Shown: positions 42,397-52,661 of the stretch, piece after piece
Layout of the letters: each line of letters starts with the position of its first letter
Position numbering within the stretch: the stretch's first letter is position 1
NCBI GenBank assembly: GCA_030295235.1
Contig: AP026147.1
Coordinates: 682,001-746,000, forward strand
Source of the DNA: Fistulifera solaris
Lineage: Eukaryota
DNA length: 64,000 bases
Direction: 5' to 3'
Notes under the pieces: generated by a model
Told to the model about the DNA's origin: nothing
Databases searched by the model: none
What the model saw: the letters and a program-made list of their open reading frames with translations, nothing else
Translations under genes and position numbers: made by a program

Positions 42397-42596
42397 ATGG
42401 AGGGGACGTGACGTCGTGACTGCAAAAGAAATGATATTATTTCAGAACGCGAATCTTTAGCGGTCAAAGCAACATAAATAAGGAAGTTATGTTGATATTT
42501 TCCCTTATGCTTACTGTTCATTATTTACTAACGTATTGACTTTACTGAAAGTTACCATCCTCTTCTACCGTCTCTCCACTGGTGGCTACCTCTCAT

Positions 42597-44243
42597 TTAA
42601 ATTAGAACTCTTCTCGGCGAAGGAATTTCAATAGCTATAAAGCGTTGTTCCTCCGATTCTTGTTCGACTTCATCTCGGCTCTCGGTGCATACATCGTCTT
42701 CTGCTCGCGAAGTGAACGGTGTCGACATAGCCTTGCGTTTCAACGGATTCGCCGACACGGTCGGTTCCGTGCTTGTCGCACCCGCCGGCAAATTGACGCG
42801 GAACAAAGCAATTGCCGCCTGCAAATGCTTGTTTTCCGCTTCCAAACGCTCAATTTCTATGTCTTTCTTTTGCAAAGAATTGCTCAAACGTCGATTCTTC
42901 TCCTTCTCGTTGGACACATCGGAATCTCTCTTCAGCAAGAATGAGCTCAGACGTTGATTCGCTTCTTTGGCTTGCGTCAGCTGTTCTCGACACTGCTTTA
43001 ATTCGCGCTGCATGTACTGGTTGTGACTTTGCAATTCCATAACCGGTTGCTCTCTGACAAGACTTTCCATTTTCTTGTGCACACCTTGCTGCTCATCCGT
43101 TTGGTTGTTCTGGGTCTCCCACAAAGTACGAGGAGACACGAGCAAGTTGGTCGTTTCGGCAAAGGAGCGTCGCGGAGTTGCAGATAAAGGTGTCGGAAGA
43201 GCACTGTCGGTGTCCATCGTCTTTCTCTTTTTATGAGCTGGCGATAGAAACTGCGTCTGCTGCTCCGGAGATAGTAAGGTATCACTGCTACGACGACTGA
43301 AAGGAACATCGAGCTGAGGATAGTTCTTTTTCCAATATGCCAAAAACGACGACAAGCTGCAAACGGGCTGTTGTACCATATCATCGATCGGTTCCGCTTT
43401 CATACTTCCTTCGAAAGTCTTCACCAATTCCCAACCGCGTTCATGACAAAACAGCTCATACAACCCTTTCTTGGTGGTCGTTGATCGAAGAACAAAAGAG
43501 GGTTCAGTGTCTTCACTGTCGTCCTCACTGTTACTGGATGTCGAATGCATTTCCGCTTGCGTTAACTGATGCTCAAAGAATGTTTCTAAAGCAGCAGCAA
43601 TGCTTTCGTCCAAGGCATTCCCCGAGTTCGATCGTCTCGCACCATGTTGTGGCATGATCTTGTCATCGACATGCTTGCAGTCATCCGCACACTTGAGACA
43701 ATGGGCCCACACATGACGGGAGAAGCCGAGAAGCGTCAACAAGGCACTGGAACATATCATAACCTCTTCCTCTCCGGGCAAAGCGAATTTGCAGTGTTCC
43801 CTATCGGCATTGTCTGTGTTACTGAGAATCGTACTACTACCGTTGCCGAGTCGCTTGGACTGTTGAATGCGTTGGGTGAGAAGAACCGTCTGGTCTTTGC
43901 GTGTCGTCTGATAGAGAAAGTCCACTAGATACTCGGCCACACGCTCTCGGATATCATCGTTCGTCAGATTGGTTGCCAAACACGAACACTGCAACAAGAT
44001 ACTACCTCCACGCAATACATTTTTGCATTTCGGTTGGTCTTTGGCGACGAACTGCAAATACTCATCAATATGTGTGCGCAAATCTTCACGAGTCCACGTT
44101 TTGCGATGCAGATTCCACAACTTTTTCGGGTGTTTCATCGTCTGTGTTGACGGCGAAGGAGATGAACTGAGACTGACTCCTCGTTGAGTTGAAGTAGGCA
44201 ACTTTTTGTTGTAGAGGCCTTGTGTCGCTTCCGCGTTGCTCAT
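42597..44243 (-). CDS. Protein with a transposase-like (Sola-type) N-terminal region and a C-terminal coiled coil
   Basis: Long intact ORF with CSC...ICSSALLTLLG...PQHG...LETFF...KKGLYELFC...CSLSSFLAYWKKNYPQL, followed by S/T/P-rich and coiled-coil segments. Confidence 0.7.
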   Translation of the reverse strand: MSNAEATQGLYNKKLPTSTQRGVSLSSSPSPSTQTMKHPKKLWNLHRKTWTREDLRTHIDEYLQFVAKDQPKCKNVLRGGSILLQCSCLATNLTNDDIRERVAEYLVDFLYQTTRKDQTVLLTQRIQQSKRLGNGSSTILSNTDNADREHCKFALPGEEEVMICSSALLTLLGFSRHVWAHCLKCADDCKHVDDKIMPQHGARRSNSGNALDESIAAALETFFEHQLTQAEMHSTSSNSEDDSEDTEPSFVLRSTTTKKGLYELFCHERGWELVKTFEGSMKAEPIDDMVQQPVCSLSSFLAYWKKNYPQLDVPFSRRSSDTLLSPEQQTQFLSPAHKKRKTMDTDSALPTPLSATPRRSFAETTNLLVSPRTLWETQNNQTDEQQGVHKKMESLVREQPVMELQSHNQYMQRELKQCREQLTQAKEANQRLSSFLLKRDSDVSNEKEKNRRLSNSLQKKDIEIERLEAENKHLQAAIALFRVNLPAGATSTEPTVSANPLKRKAMSTPFTSRAEDDVCTESRDEVEQESEEQRFIAIEIPSPRRVLI

Positions 44244-44792
44244 CACAAAGTTGCTAAACAATAAACTAACGGTAGAGCGGTCGACCTGCTCTTGTTTATC
44301 TATTCGAATAATCTGTTTGCTTTCGATTAGCAAGCAAACAGCTACAAGAGCAACAACAAGTGAGCTTTCTACGAAATAGAAAGGCGAGCAACGCTTTATT
44401 TGTGGCGATGGCTCAACATCGCCTTTTTCAAAAAGGAGCGATCTCCAACGTTTTTGTTTGGCGATAACTAGAAAGCCACTATAGTATCCAAGTGTTGAGC
44501 TATTATGTCCGGTATCCTTATCGTGAGTACCGGTTCGCCGCATAAGTTAACTCTAAGCATCATACTGAATGTCCGGATCCAAAGAAGTACTCCGGAGTTT
44601 ATCATTGGACAACAACTCGAACTCTAAAGGAATGAGAGCGCGGGAGACCTTTTTGCGTTTGCGTTATTGCGACGAGAGCGATGCTGATGATGTTGTTCAT
44701 CACTCATCACTCATCACTACTAAGCGTCATTCTTCATTGTTGATTGTATTGAACCCCCAAAACGACGCTTTTCAACATAAAAGACTTGACAA

Positions 44793-45854
44793 ATGGAAGA
44801 AGCGTTTGCTTGCATTGAGCGAGGCAATCAAGCTCTCGACACGACGAACTACTGGCAGGCTTCGCATTGTTATTGTCGAGCCTTTCAACACTTGCATTCC
44901 TTGAGTGTATCGTCGTCGGTAACGCCCGATATAGCGGATCTGTGTCAATCGCAAAGCTTAGAATACAAACAAAAAGCACGGGAGTGTTTTGTGCAAGCTT
45001 TACAGCAGCAACAGGAGGAGCAGGCGGAGCATATTCCTAGTAACGACGACAAAGTCAATCGAGAACGCCTGGAACTGTTTGCGCACCTCTACGCTGACAC
45101 AAAGCTACTCGACCAGAATACACCTGCATCGAACACAACAACACTGGACGACCTGTCGTTACGACTGCAGGCGTTACATGCATTTGAGATACCGAATCAA
45201 TCCAAATCGAAAATAGAAGAACTCAATGCTGGTTTGCGTCGATTGGGACTACAACCGGTGACTTCACTCGAGGATACGAGAAAGCAATATGCGAGCAACG
45301 AATGGTTACATGTTGAGCCGAATCGAACACCCGATGAACAACTGGATGTGCTATTACGACAAGTACAAGAGCAAGTACATATAGTTGGCACGACAGATCA
45401 GGCGGGTAATGTGGCGTTTGACAACAAGGGTGATGACGATACGATGGACGAAGAAAGTCAAGTGAATCAACTTTTACAGCAAGCAAATGATGGACAAGCG
45501 CTAAGAGGTGATGTGACTGGTTGTAATGATGATGTGACCTCATCTTTAGCTATAAATGTTGATTCGGATGAATCTTATGACGAAGATTTGACTCGACAGT
45601 CACTGACATCCCTTCCATTATCTGCGCAGACGGCAGAAAAAGTCATGAAGGATACACTCGAGGCTGAGCTCCTGTTAACACAAGTCCTTGCATTGTTGGA
45701 GAAAGACGAGGAAGATGAGCTCGAGAGATCAAATAGTACGAATGATGATTCTCATGCGGATGCGACAGTTGTACAGAAGTTACTTCGACAGACACGCTCT
45801 CTATTGCGTCGCGCTGAACAAAATGCGAAACGCAATGATGACAAGAACAATTAA
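44793..45854 (+). CDS. Hypothetical protein with a possible N-terminal MIT-like helical domain
   Basis: 353-aa ORF starting MEEAFACIERGNQALD...ASHCYCRAFQHL; the rest is acidic and helical. Confidence 0.6.
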   Translation: MEEAFACIERGNQALDTTNYWQASHCYCRAFQHLHSLSVSSSVTPDIADLCQSQSLEYKQKARECFVQALQQQQEEQAEHIPSNDDKVNRERLELFAHLYADTKLLDQNTPASNTTTLDDLSLRLQALHAFEIPNQSKSKIEELNAGLRRLGLQPVTSLEDTRKQYASNEWLHVEPNRTPDEQLDVLLRQVQEQVHIVGTTDQAGNVAFDNKGDDDTMDEESQVNQLLQQANDGQALRGDVTGCNDDVTSSLAINVDSDESYDEDLTRQSLTSLPLSAQTAEKVMKDTLEAELLLTQVLALLEKDEEDELERSNSTNDDSHADATVVQKLLRQTRSLLRRAEQNAKRNDDKNN

Positions 45855-46084
45855 ATAAAGCTAAGACAAATACGGGGTGCGGCATGTTCGCTTGCGATTA
45901 AAGGTTGAGGAGTGGTTCACGCGAGGAAGTTTATCACAACGCCAAAGGAGGGCACTGTTCCTGTGACCTCAAAACAACCCGCGACAGGAAATTGTAATCA
46001 AGACTCGTCATATAGAAAGACAGATGCGAATCATAGATTTCGAAAGTGATTATTTATTTGACAGGTCAAAAACGAAACGCAGCT

Positions 46085-47015
46085 CAAATTCCTGGACCAG
46101 TCACACAGAATTCCAGTTGGGCACAGAATCATTTACTCCGCATTCCAGAATTTCTGGAATAGGCATGAAATTGCCGTTCTACACAAAAACAATACGGAGT
46201 AATTCTAAAATTTCTAATACGTGATATTAATCTCTGTCGGATCCAAAACACCGATTTCAGACTGATTTCAGATTATCTGGAACGTGCAAGACATGGCTGT
46301 GTGACTTGAAACGACAAGTCCAGAATTTCTGGACCAGTCACACAGAAGTTCTGTCTGACACAGAACCACTTAGTCCGGATTCCAGAATTTCTGGAATGTC
46401 CACGAAATGGACGTTATACTCAAAACCAATAATTCTAGAATTTGTAATACGTTAACCTAATCTCGGACGGACGCAAAGCATCGATTTCAGATTATCTGGA
46501 ACGTGCAAGACATGGCTGTGTGACTTGAAACGACAAGTCTAGAATTTCTGGACCAGTCACACAGAATTTCTGTCTGACACAGAACCAATTACTCCGGATT
46601 CCAGAATTTCTGGAATGTGCACGGAATGGCCGTTATACTTGTACTCAAAACCAATAACTCTTGAATTTGTAATACGTTAACCTAGGTCTATTCTCTGTGG
46701 GATCCAAAGCATCGATTTCAGATTATCTGGAACGTGCAAGACATGGTTGTGTGACTGGAAACGACAAGTCCAATTTCTGGACCAGACACACAGAATTGAT
46801 TGACAAAATCTCTGCGTCACCCAAACTAGGTCTAACGATTCCAGAATTTTTGGAATGTGATCAAAATCTTTTGTGCGACGCAAAACATCGATTCCAAAAT
46901 TTCTGGATCTTCCAGACTTTCTGAATTTCTGGAACTTTTCGTAAAGACCGATATCCGAATTTTGGAAGGCACGCAAAATTTCTATGTGACGCGAAGCACC
47001 GATTTCCTCCAGATT
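46085..47015 (-). repeat. CCAGAAATTCTGG-family satellite with ~219-231 bp units
   Basis: ggaacgtgcaagacatgg at 46279, 46498 and 46729. Confidence 0.88.
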
Positions 47016-47050
47016 TTTATTTAGAGGAATCTAGAGTGTGTGGTCTGGGA

Positions 47051-48405
47051 GCTTGACGGAAATTACTCACTCCGAGCGGTTCCGATTATCTACGGTTTCG
47101 ATGTCGTATCGATTCCTAAATATCTATGAACGAAACTTGGTTTCAACGATAAATATTATCTTTAGCAACCGAAACGGTATGTTCGCTCATAACGCAAAAC
47201 AAGTAATGTGTTTTTTGCCAGAGAGAAAAATTCTCTCTGAAGTGAGAAAATTTCTCTCTTTAGAGAGATTTTCTCTCGATTTCTCTCTTAGAGAGAAATT
47301 TTCTCCCTTAAAAGAGATATTTCTCCCTATTTCTCTCTTTAGAGAAAGTTCTCTCTGTAGAGAGATATTTTTTCTATGCTTTCGTTCACTTCTTTGTGTA
47401 ATTAAGGTTAAAAATCGACGATGAAGAGACCTCAACACACAACGAACAACCGTTATCGCACAAAACAACCAACGCAAAAACAAAAAGACGGTGCAGCGAG
47501 ACAAGCATTTCTAATTACTAAAATGTAATTTGTCCCCGATAGCTAGTCATCAATTGACCTCGTCAACAGGAACAATGGGGCTTAGCTTTGGAAAGACGAA
47601 TGGCGCGTGTGCAGGCCGAGTGCCATTTTTGGCTCGGCGTCGTGCTGTTTGGTGCGTTCCATTTTCAATTTCCCTTTTGTTTTTACTGTGAAAACATATT
47701 TGATCCGCGGCTCATTGGACACAGTTTGTCTTTTCCATGCTGACTGAAGAGTCTGGCAAATTTCCGCGGTCTGGGGCTGCTTCGTTTTCCCGGGCTTGTT
47801 GAGTTTCCAGCACGCCACGGCCGCATCTCAGATCATTCAGAGATTTCCCTCTTAATCCTTTGGTCTCTCATTCTTGCCATTAATCAAAAGCGTTAGATAA
47901 TAGGTTTTGAGTTGATATGAATTACTCTTTTGAAAAGAAACCTCTTTCGATACTTGTCAAGCAGAAAAGTAATGCACCGACGCGAACGACGCCCGACGCC
48001 CACATTGTACAGTACAAGTACATAAAATTCGTTCAACAGAGGAAAACTCTAAACAGAAATCGTCTTACTCCATAATGAAAATTTCTCTCTGAAGTGAGAA
48101 AATTTTTCTCTTAGAGAGAGATTTTCTCTCGATTTCTCCCTTAGAGAGAAATTTTCTCCCTTAAAGAGAAATTTTCTCCCTATTTCTCTCTACAGAGAGA
48201 ATTTCTCTCTATAGAGAGAAAATTTCTCTCTATAATGACAAAAAATTACTTAGAGACAAACGGCATTTAAGCTCATAGCATAAAACGTGTATCGGAATTT
48301 GTCGCGAAATGTTGTACAATTGAGTAGAGTACAAATGTTTCCGTTGAAATAATTACTATATAAGCGTAAACTGTATAGTATGTTACGGAGAGACTTCCGA
48401 CAAGC
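47051..48405. mobile_element. Foldback/MITE-like element with two TCTCTCT-x-AGAGAGA palindrome arrays
   Basis: Imperfect inverted ends gcttgacggaaattactcactccg (47051) and cggagagacttccgacaagc (48386-48405). The arrays at 47220-47375 and 48077-48232 are similar copies. Confidence 0.55.
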
Positions 48406-48662
48406 ACCCTGTGGTGTCTTAACGTGCCATGATAAACTACCGGTACCGGTAGGGGGCGTGTGGTGCCTTCACTTACCCAGAAAATCTGACTGATTGGTGC
48501 TTGTCACCTACCCCGAAAAATCTGGGTAAGTTGTTTTTCGGGCATTCATCGCTGTCGTCAGTCGGCCGTTACTGGTACAATAAAACGAGTGAAAGGAATA
48601 AACGACAATGAACAAGACCTTTTCCGAAGAGACAGCTTTAGATTACGTTCTTTCATGTTCGC

Positions 48663-50312
48663 ATGGCACACTTAGCACTGAAATCACGCATGCGAATGCG
48701 TTGTCACGGATTGTTTTCCTTCTTGACTCTTCTTTGCCTTTCACGGCCTCTTTCAATTCAAGCATGGTCGATTACACCGAAGTCTCGCCCTGTCTTGCAA
48801 TTCTATAACTCGGAAACACGCACGAAACAACCTTTGACCAAAGATCCGGCAAAAGATACAATCACAATGTACACTTGCGGTCCTACCGTTTACGATGCGG
48901 CTCATTTGGGGAATTTCCGCGCTTTCTTAACGTACGATGTCATGAAACGCGTCTTGCAGTATTTTGGCTACAAAGTTGAACATGTGTGTAACTTAACCGA
49001 TGTCGATGACAAGATTATCAAGAAAGCAAACGCAATGAATGCGAAAGATGCCAAGGAGATTACAGTAATGTACGAACAGCGTTTTCTGCGCGATTTAGAT
49101 CGACTCAATATTGTACGAGCGACACATTATCCTCGCGCTACCGAACATATTCCCGAAATGATGCAATTGATTACCAATTTACAACAAAATGGACTAGCGT
49201 ATGAAACAAAGGACGGGTCGTGGTATTTTCGAACGCGTGCGCAGCCCAAGTACGGACAGCGATTGGTGCAGAATCAAGTGGACGACGACGACACCACCGT
49301 CATCAACAATAGTGACGACGATAATAATACCGACAAGGAACATCCCGCTGATTTCTGTTTGTGGAAAGCGTTCAAAGAAGGTGTCGATCGAGATGATTTG
49401 GCGTGGTCATCGACAACGATTTCTCGCGGACGACCGGGATGGCATTTGGAATGCAGTGCCATGTCACGCAAATTCTTCCCACGGACATTGGACTTTCACG
49501 GCGGTGGACATGATTTGAAATTTCCCCATCACGAAAATGAAATTGCGCAATCTGAAGGAGCTTTTCCCGACACGTTGCCCTTTTGTAATTGTTGGTTTCA
49601 CAACGGCTTTGTCACCATTTCGGAGCAAGACACGAAAATGAGTAAAAGTTTGGGCAACTTCTTGACGCTGGAATCCGCTTGTCCAACACCCTTGCAAGTT
49701 CGAGCGTATCGTTACTTGGTTGTGACCAGTCAATATCGACAAGACTTAAAATTTACGACGGAATCTATGCAAGCCAGTACCAAGGCCTTGAAACGAATGG
49801 ACAAGGTGTGGTCGGCCTTGCAATCATACTACGAGCCTGAAGTCGGTATCACCGACTATAGGGATGTTGATGGCAGAGTACAAGCGCAATGGGAGAACTT
49901 TGAAACTGCCATCGCGGATGATTTGAGTATGCCCAGAGCAACAGCTTGTTTGTTCGCCCTGATCAAACTGGCTGAGCAGGAACTGAAAAGTTCAGGAGAT
50001 ACGGACATGGATGAAACAAAGAAACACCTTTTGCAAAGCATTGCATTGGTCATGAGGAAAATGGATCAGGTCTTGGGAGTGTTTTACACCGTTCCAGAAG
50101 ACGATTCAGCGAGTGATGCCGACGATCAATCCGCTCGACATGACAACAATACCATCCCAGAACGAGTTCAGAACTTGGTCGAGCAACGCAAAGAGGCCAA
50201 GAAAAACAAAGATTATGCACTAGCAGATCAATTGCGACAAGAGATACTGGAGTGCGGTTTTGTGGTGCAGGATGGTGCGCAAGGAGTGACGGTTATGCCC
50301 GTAGAGGCGTAA
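48663..50312 (+). CDS. cysS: Cysteinyl-tRNA synthetase, organellar
   Basis: MYTCGPTVYDAAHLGN, DFCLWK, GRPGWHLECSAM, DLKFPHHENEIAQS and KMSKSLGN. The N-terminus is a signal peptide ending IQA-W followed by a transit-like segment. Confidence 0.95.
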   Translation: MAHLALKSRMRMRCHGLFSFLTLLCLSRPLSIQAWSITPKSRPVLQFYNSETRTKQPLTKDPAKDTITMYTCGPTVYDAAHLGNFRAFLTYDVMKRVLQYFGYKVEHVCNLTDVDDKIIKKANAMNAKDAKEITVMYEQRFLRDLDRLNIVRATHYPRATEHIPEMMQLITNLQQNGLAYETKDGSWYFRTRAQPKYGQRLVQNQVDDDDTTVINNSDDDNNTDKEHPADFCLWKAFKEGVDRDDLAWSSTTISRGRPGWHLECSAMSRKFFPRTLDFHGGGHDLKFPHHENEIAQSEGAFPDTLPFCNCWFHNGFVTISEQDTKMSKSLGNFLTLESACPTPLQVRAYRYLVVTSQYRQDLKFTTESMQASTKALKRMDKVWSALQSYYEPEVGITDYRDVDGRVQAQWENFETAIADDLSMPRATACLFALIKLAEQELKSSGDTDMDETKKHLLQSIALVMRKMDQVLGVFYTVPEDDSASDADDQSARHDNNTIPERVQNLVEQRKEAKKNKDYALADQLRQEILECGFVVQDGAQGVTVMPVEA

Positions 50313-50372
50313 TCAATAGGCTCAATAATTAATACGGAAGTCGATCCACGCAAATATTTCTATTACTCCTAT

Positions 50373-51593
50373 TTATACTCCCAAGCCATGCTTCTCTCGA
50401 TTAATTTTCGTTTGCTTTTCCACAGCATCTTTACTAGTTCCCAACCATATGCCCAAATGGACTTTAGATTCGCGTTCCCAAAATTGTAGAGGCGAATCCT
50501 CGGTTTTTCCGGTGAGCGCTTCGACACCATCCGGTGTAATCAACAAAGTGTGTTCGAACTGCGCCGAGCGACCCCCGTCGACCGTCGTGGCCGTCCAATC
50601 ATCGGGCCAGCTCAAATGCTTGGCACTGCCCTGACAGATCATAGGTTCAATGGTAAAAGTATGTCCCGGAGCCATTTGACCATTGGGTTCATTGTTGCGA
50701 TAATGCAAGATGTTGGGTGTCGTGTGAAAGATACTACCGACACCGTGTCCACAGAAGCCTTTGACGGTACTGTATCCTTTCGCGACGACGTGATCTTCAA
50801 TCAAGGCGCCCAAATCTTTGTAATAACGATCGGGCTTGACGTACTGACAAGCTAGTAACCAAGCATCGTAGGTCGTTTGCAACAAATCACGAGAAGCATC
50901 ATCGCACTCGCCGCCAACCACAAACATTTCACTACAATCCCCGTGATGTCCATCCTTATAGACGGTGATGTCTAAATTAATGATATCACCGGCTTGCAAA
51001 GGTCGATCATCCGGAATTCCATGACAGATAACTTCATTCACGGAAGTACAGCATGATTTCGGGTACCTGTGATAATTCAAAGGCGACGGATACGCGTTGT
51101 TTTTGATAATCATTTCGTGTACCGCCTGATCAATTTCATCGGTCGTAACACCCGGTGCTACCATTCGCCCCGCCATATCGAGTACTTGACGAGCCAGACG
51201 TCCCGCTGTTCGCATGGCTTGAATTTGTTCGGGTGTTTTCGGTTCAATGATCCACGGCAAAAGCGGTCGTTGTGCGGCAGGACGTCCCGTTTTGGCATAA
51301 TCGGGTTGCGGAATATGAGCAGGGACCGTTTTTTGTGGTGTTTGTTGGCCCGGACGAATCGTTCCAGCGTACGGAAAGGATGTCATGACAGGTGTTGTAC
51401 TTGCAGGAGCACTTCCGAAGCCTTTTCCGGATCCTTTCTTCGTTTTGCTAGTTCGTTTTTCATAACAGCGTGTCAAAGACGGAGCAGTCGATTGTCGTGT
51501 TTTGAAAAGAAAGGCAGAAGTGCTGTGACTCGAAAGATAGATGCAACAGCCGACAAACAAGAAAAAGTTCTTGTTGAATTTCATCATTGTCAT
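50373..51593 (-). CDS. map: Methionine aminopeptidase type 1, plastid-targeted
   Basis: YPKSCCTSVNEVICHGIPD, DIINLDIT, HGDCS, FCGHGVG, FTIEPMI and SAQFEHT. Signal peptide with a TSA-FL cleavage motif. Confidence 0.95.
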   Translation of the reverse strand: MTMMKFNKNFFLFVGCCIYLSSHSTSAFLFKTRQSTAPSLTRCYEKRTSKTKKGSGKGFGSAPASTTPVMTSFPYAGTIRPGQQTPQKTVPAHIPQPDYAKTGRPAAQRPLLPWIIEPKTPEQIQAMRTAGRLARQVLDMAGRMVAPGVTTDEIDQAVHEMIIKNNAYPSPLNYHRYPKSCCTSVNEVICHGIPDDRPLQAGDIINLDITVYKDGHHGDCSEMFVVGGECDDASRDLLQTTYDAWLLACQYVKPDRYYKDLGALIEDHVVAKGYSTVKGFCGHGVGSIFHTTPNILHYRNNEPNGQMAPGHTFTIEPMICQGSAKHLSWPDDWTATTVDGGRSAQFEHTLLITPDGVEALTGKTEDSPLQFWERESKVHLGIWLGTSKDAVEKQTKINREKHGLGV

Positions 51594-52661
51594 ATCACAG
51601 AAATAACAAGAGAAGCGAGCCGAATAATTGTAAGGTGATTAAATAGAGAGTATTAGAAAAGGAAGAAAGGATAAAAGAATGAAGTGCTTGTTTTCAACCT
51701 CTTATTCTTTCCTTTTGATGAAGGTAAATAATGAACAACAAAATTAAAAGCAACGAAGCGAAAGTGACGTTCCTAAAACGCAGTGCGTACGACGTACGTA
51801 CTGTATCTCCATCCTTAAATCGAGCCTACCATTGTCCGGATAGTTTAGATCGAAATTCATTGCAATAAAATACGATGAGACTATAGCTGACTAGCGGATA
51901 TTCGTATCTCGCTTTATTAAGATATACGTTCTCGGGATGTGAATTATAAAAAGTGTCTTAGATGTTCAAATGGGCCAATTACTTTTTCAATAAAAGAACT
52001 TGAATATTTACACTGATACAAAATGTATATGACTTTTTCTGGTGACTGAACTGATTTGCAGTCGCGGACTTGGCGTCATCGATCACGTCTATTCCAAAAT
52101 AATTGCTACAAGCTGCTTTTCGAGGGCGTAAATTAACGTGTTGCGTTTACAATACATATCTAAAAATACCGTGACACCCTTGCCTAAATAAATCTTGTAC
52201 TATCGTTATTTCTGGCCCTCTTCACGTCCACTTATTCACACTTGACAGGTTTTGCTTCATGACTGAAAATGCAGTCGTGGTAAAGTTGATTAACATTTCG
52301 GGTGTATACTACGGTGTCGGTCGGACATTTCGTTGCAGTCGATGTTGTAGCGAAAGACCTTCATTCGCAAGGAAGTATAACATACTTGCCTTCATTTTAT
52401 ATGTTTTCGTTTGCAAGAGTTGTTACCGCATTAAAGTGCTCTAGTCTATTTTTCGCTCTCCTCCACTATCCTGCTTTCTGTTATTACATTTCCGCTCGCG
52501 GCGCTTTTGTGATCGCACAGTACATACGCAAAGAAATCCGGGGGACGTTGCGAGAACCTCACGGCGCGAGTTTACGGCTGTTTCACCTTTTCCTGTACAG
52601 GCAGCAGCTTCTATACGTCTCTTAACTATTTCTTGTGAAAGATCATTTCAATAACAAAAAC

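Noticed and set aside
47528..47585. RNase MRP CR-V-like ACAATGGGGCTTA with upstream GTCCCC
   Set aside because: The two motifs are only about 35 nt apart and the GAAAG of CR-I is absent, too short for an MRP RNA. A cmscan would settle it.
48663..51593. CysRS and MetAP as a bacterial HGT or operon
   Set aside because: They are convergent and both carry eukaryotic bipartite targeting presequences, so they are ordinary nucleus-encoded organellar proteins.
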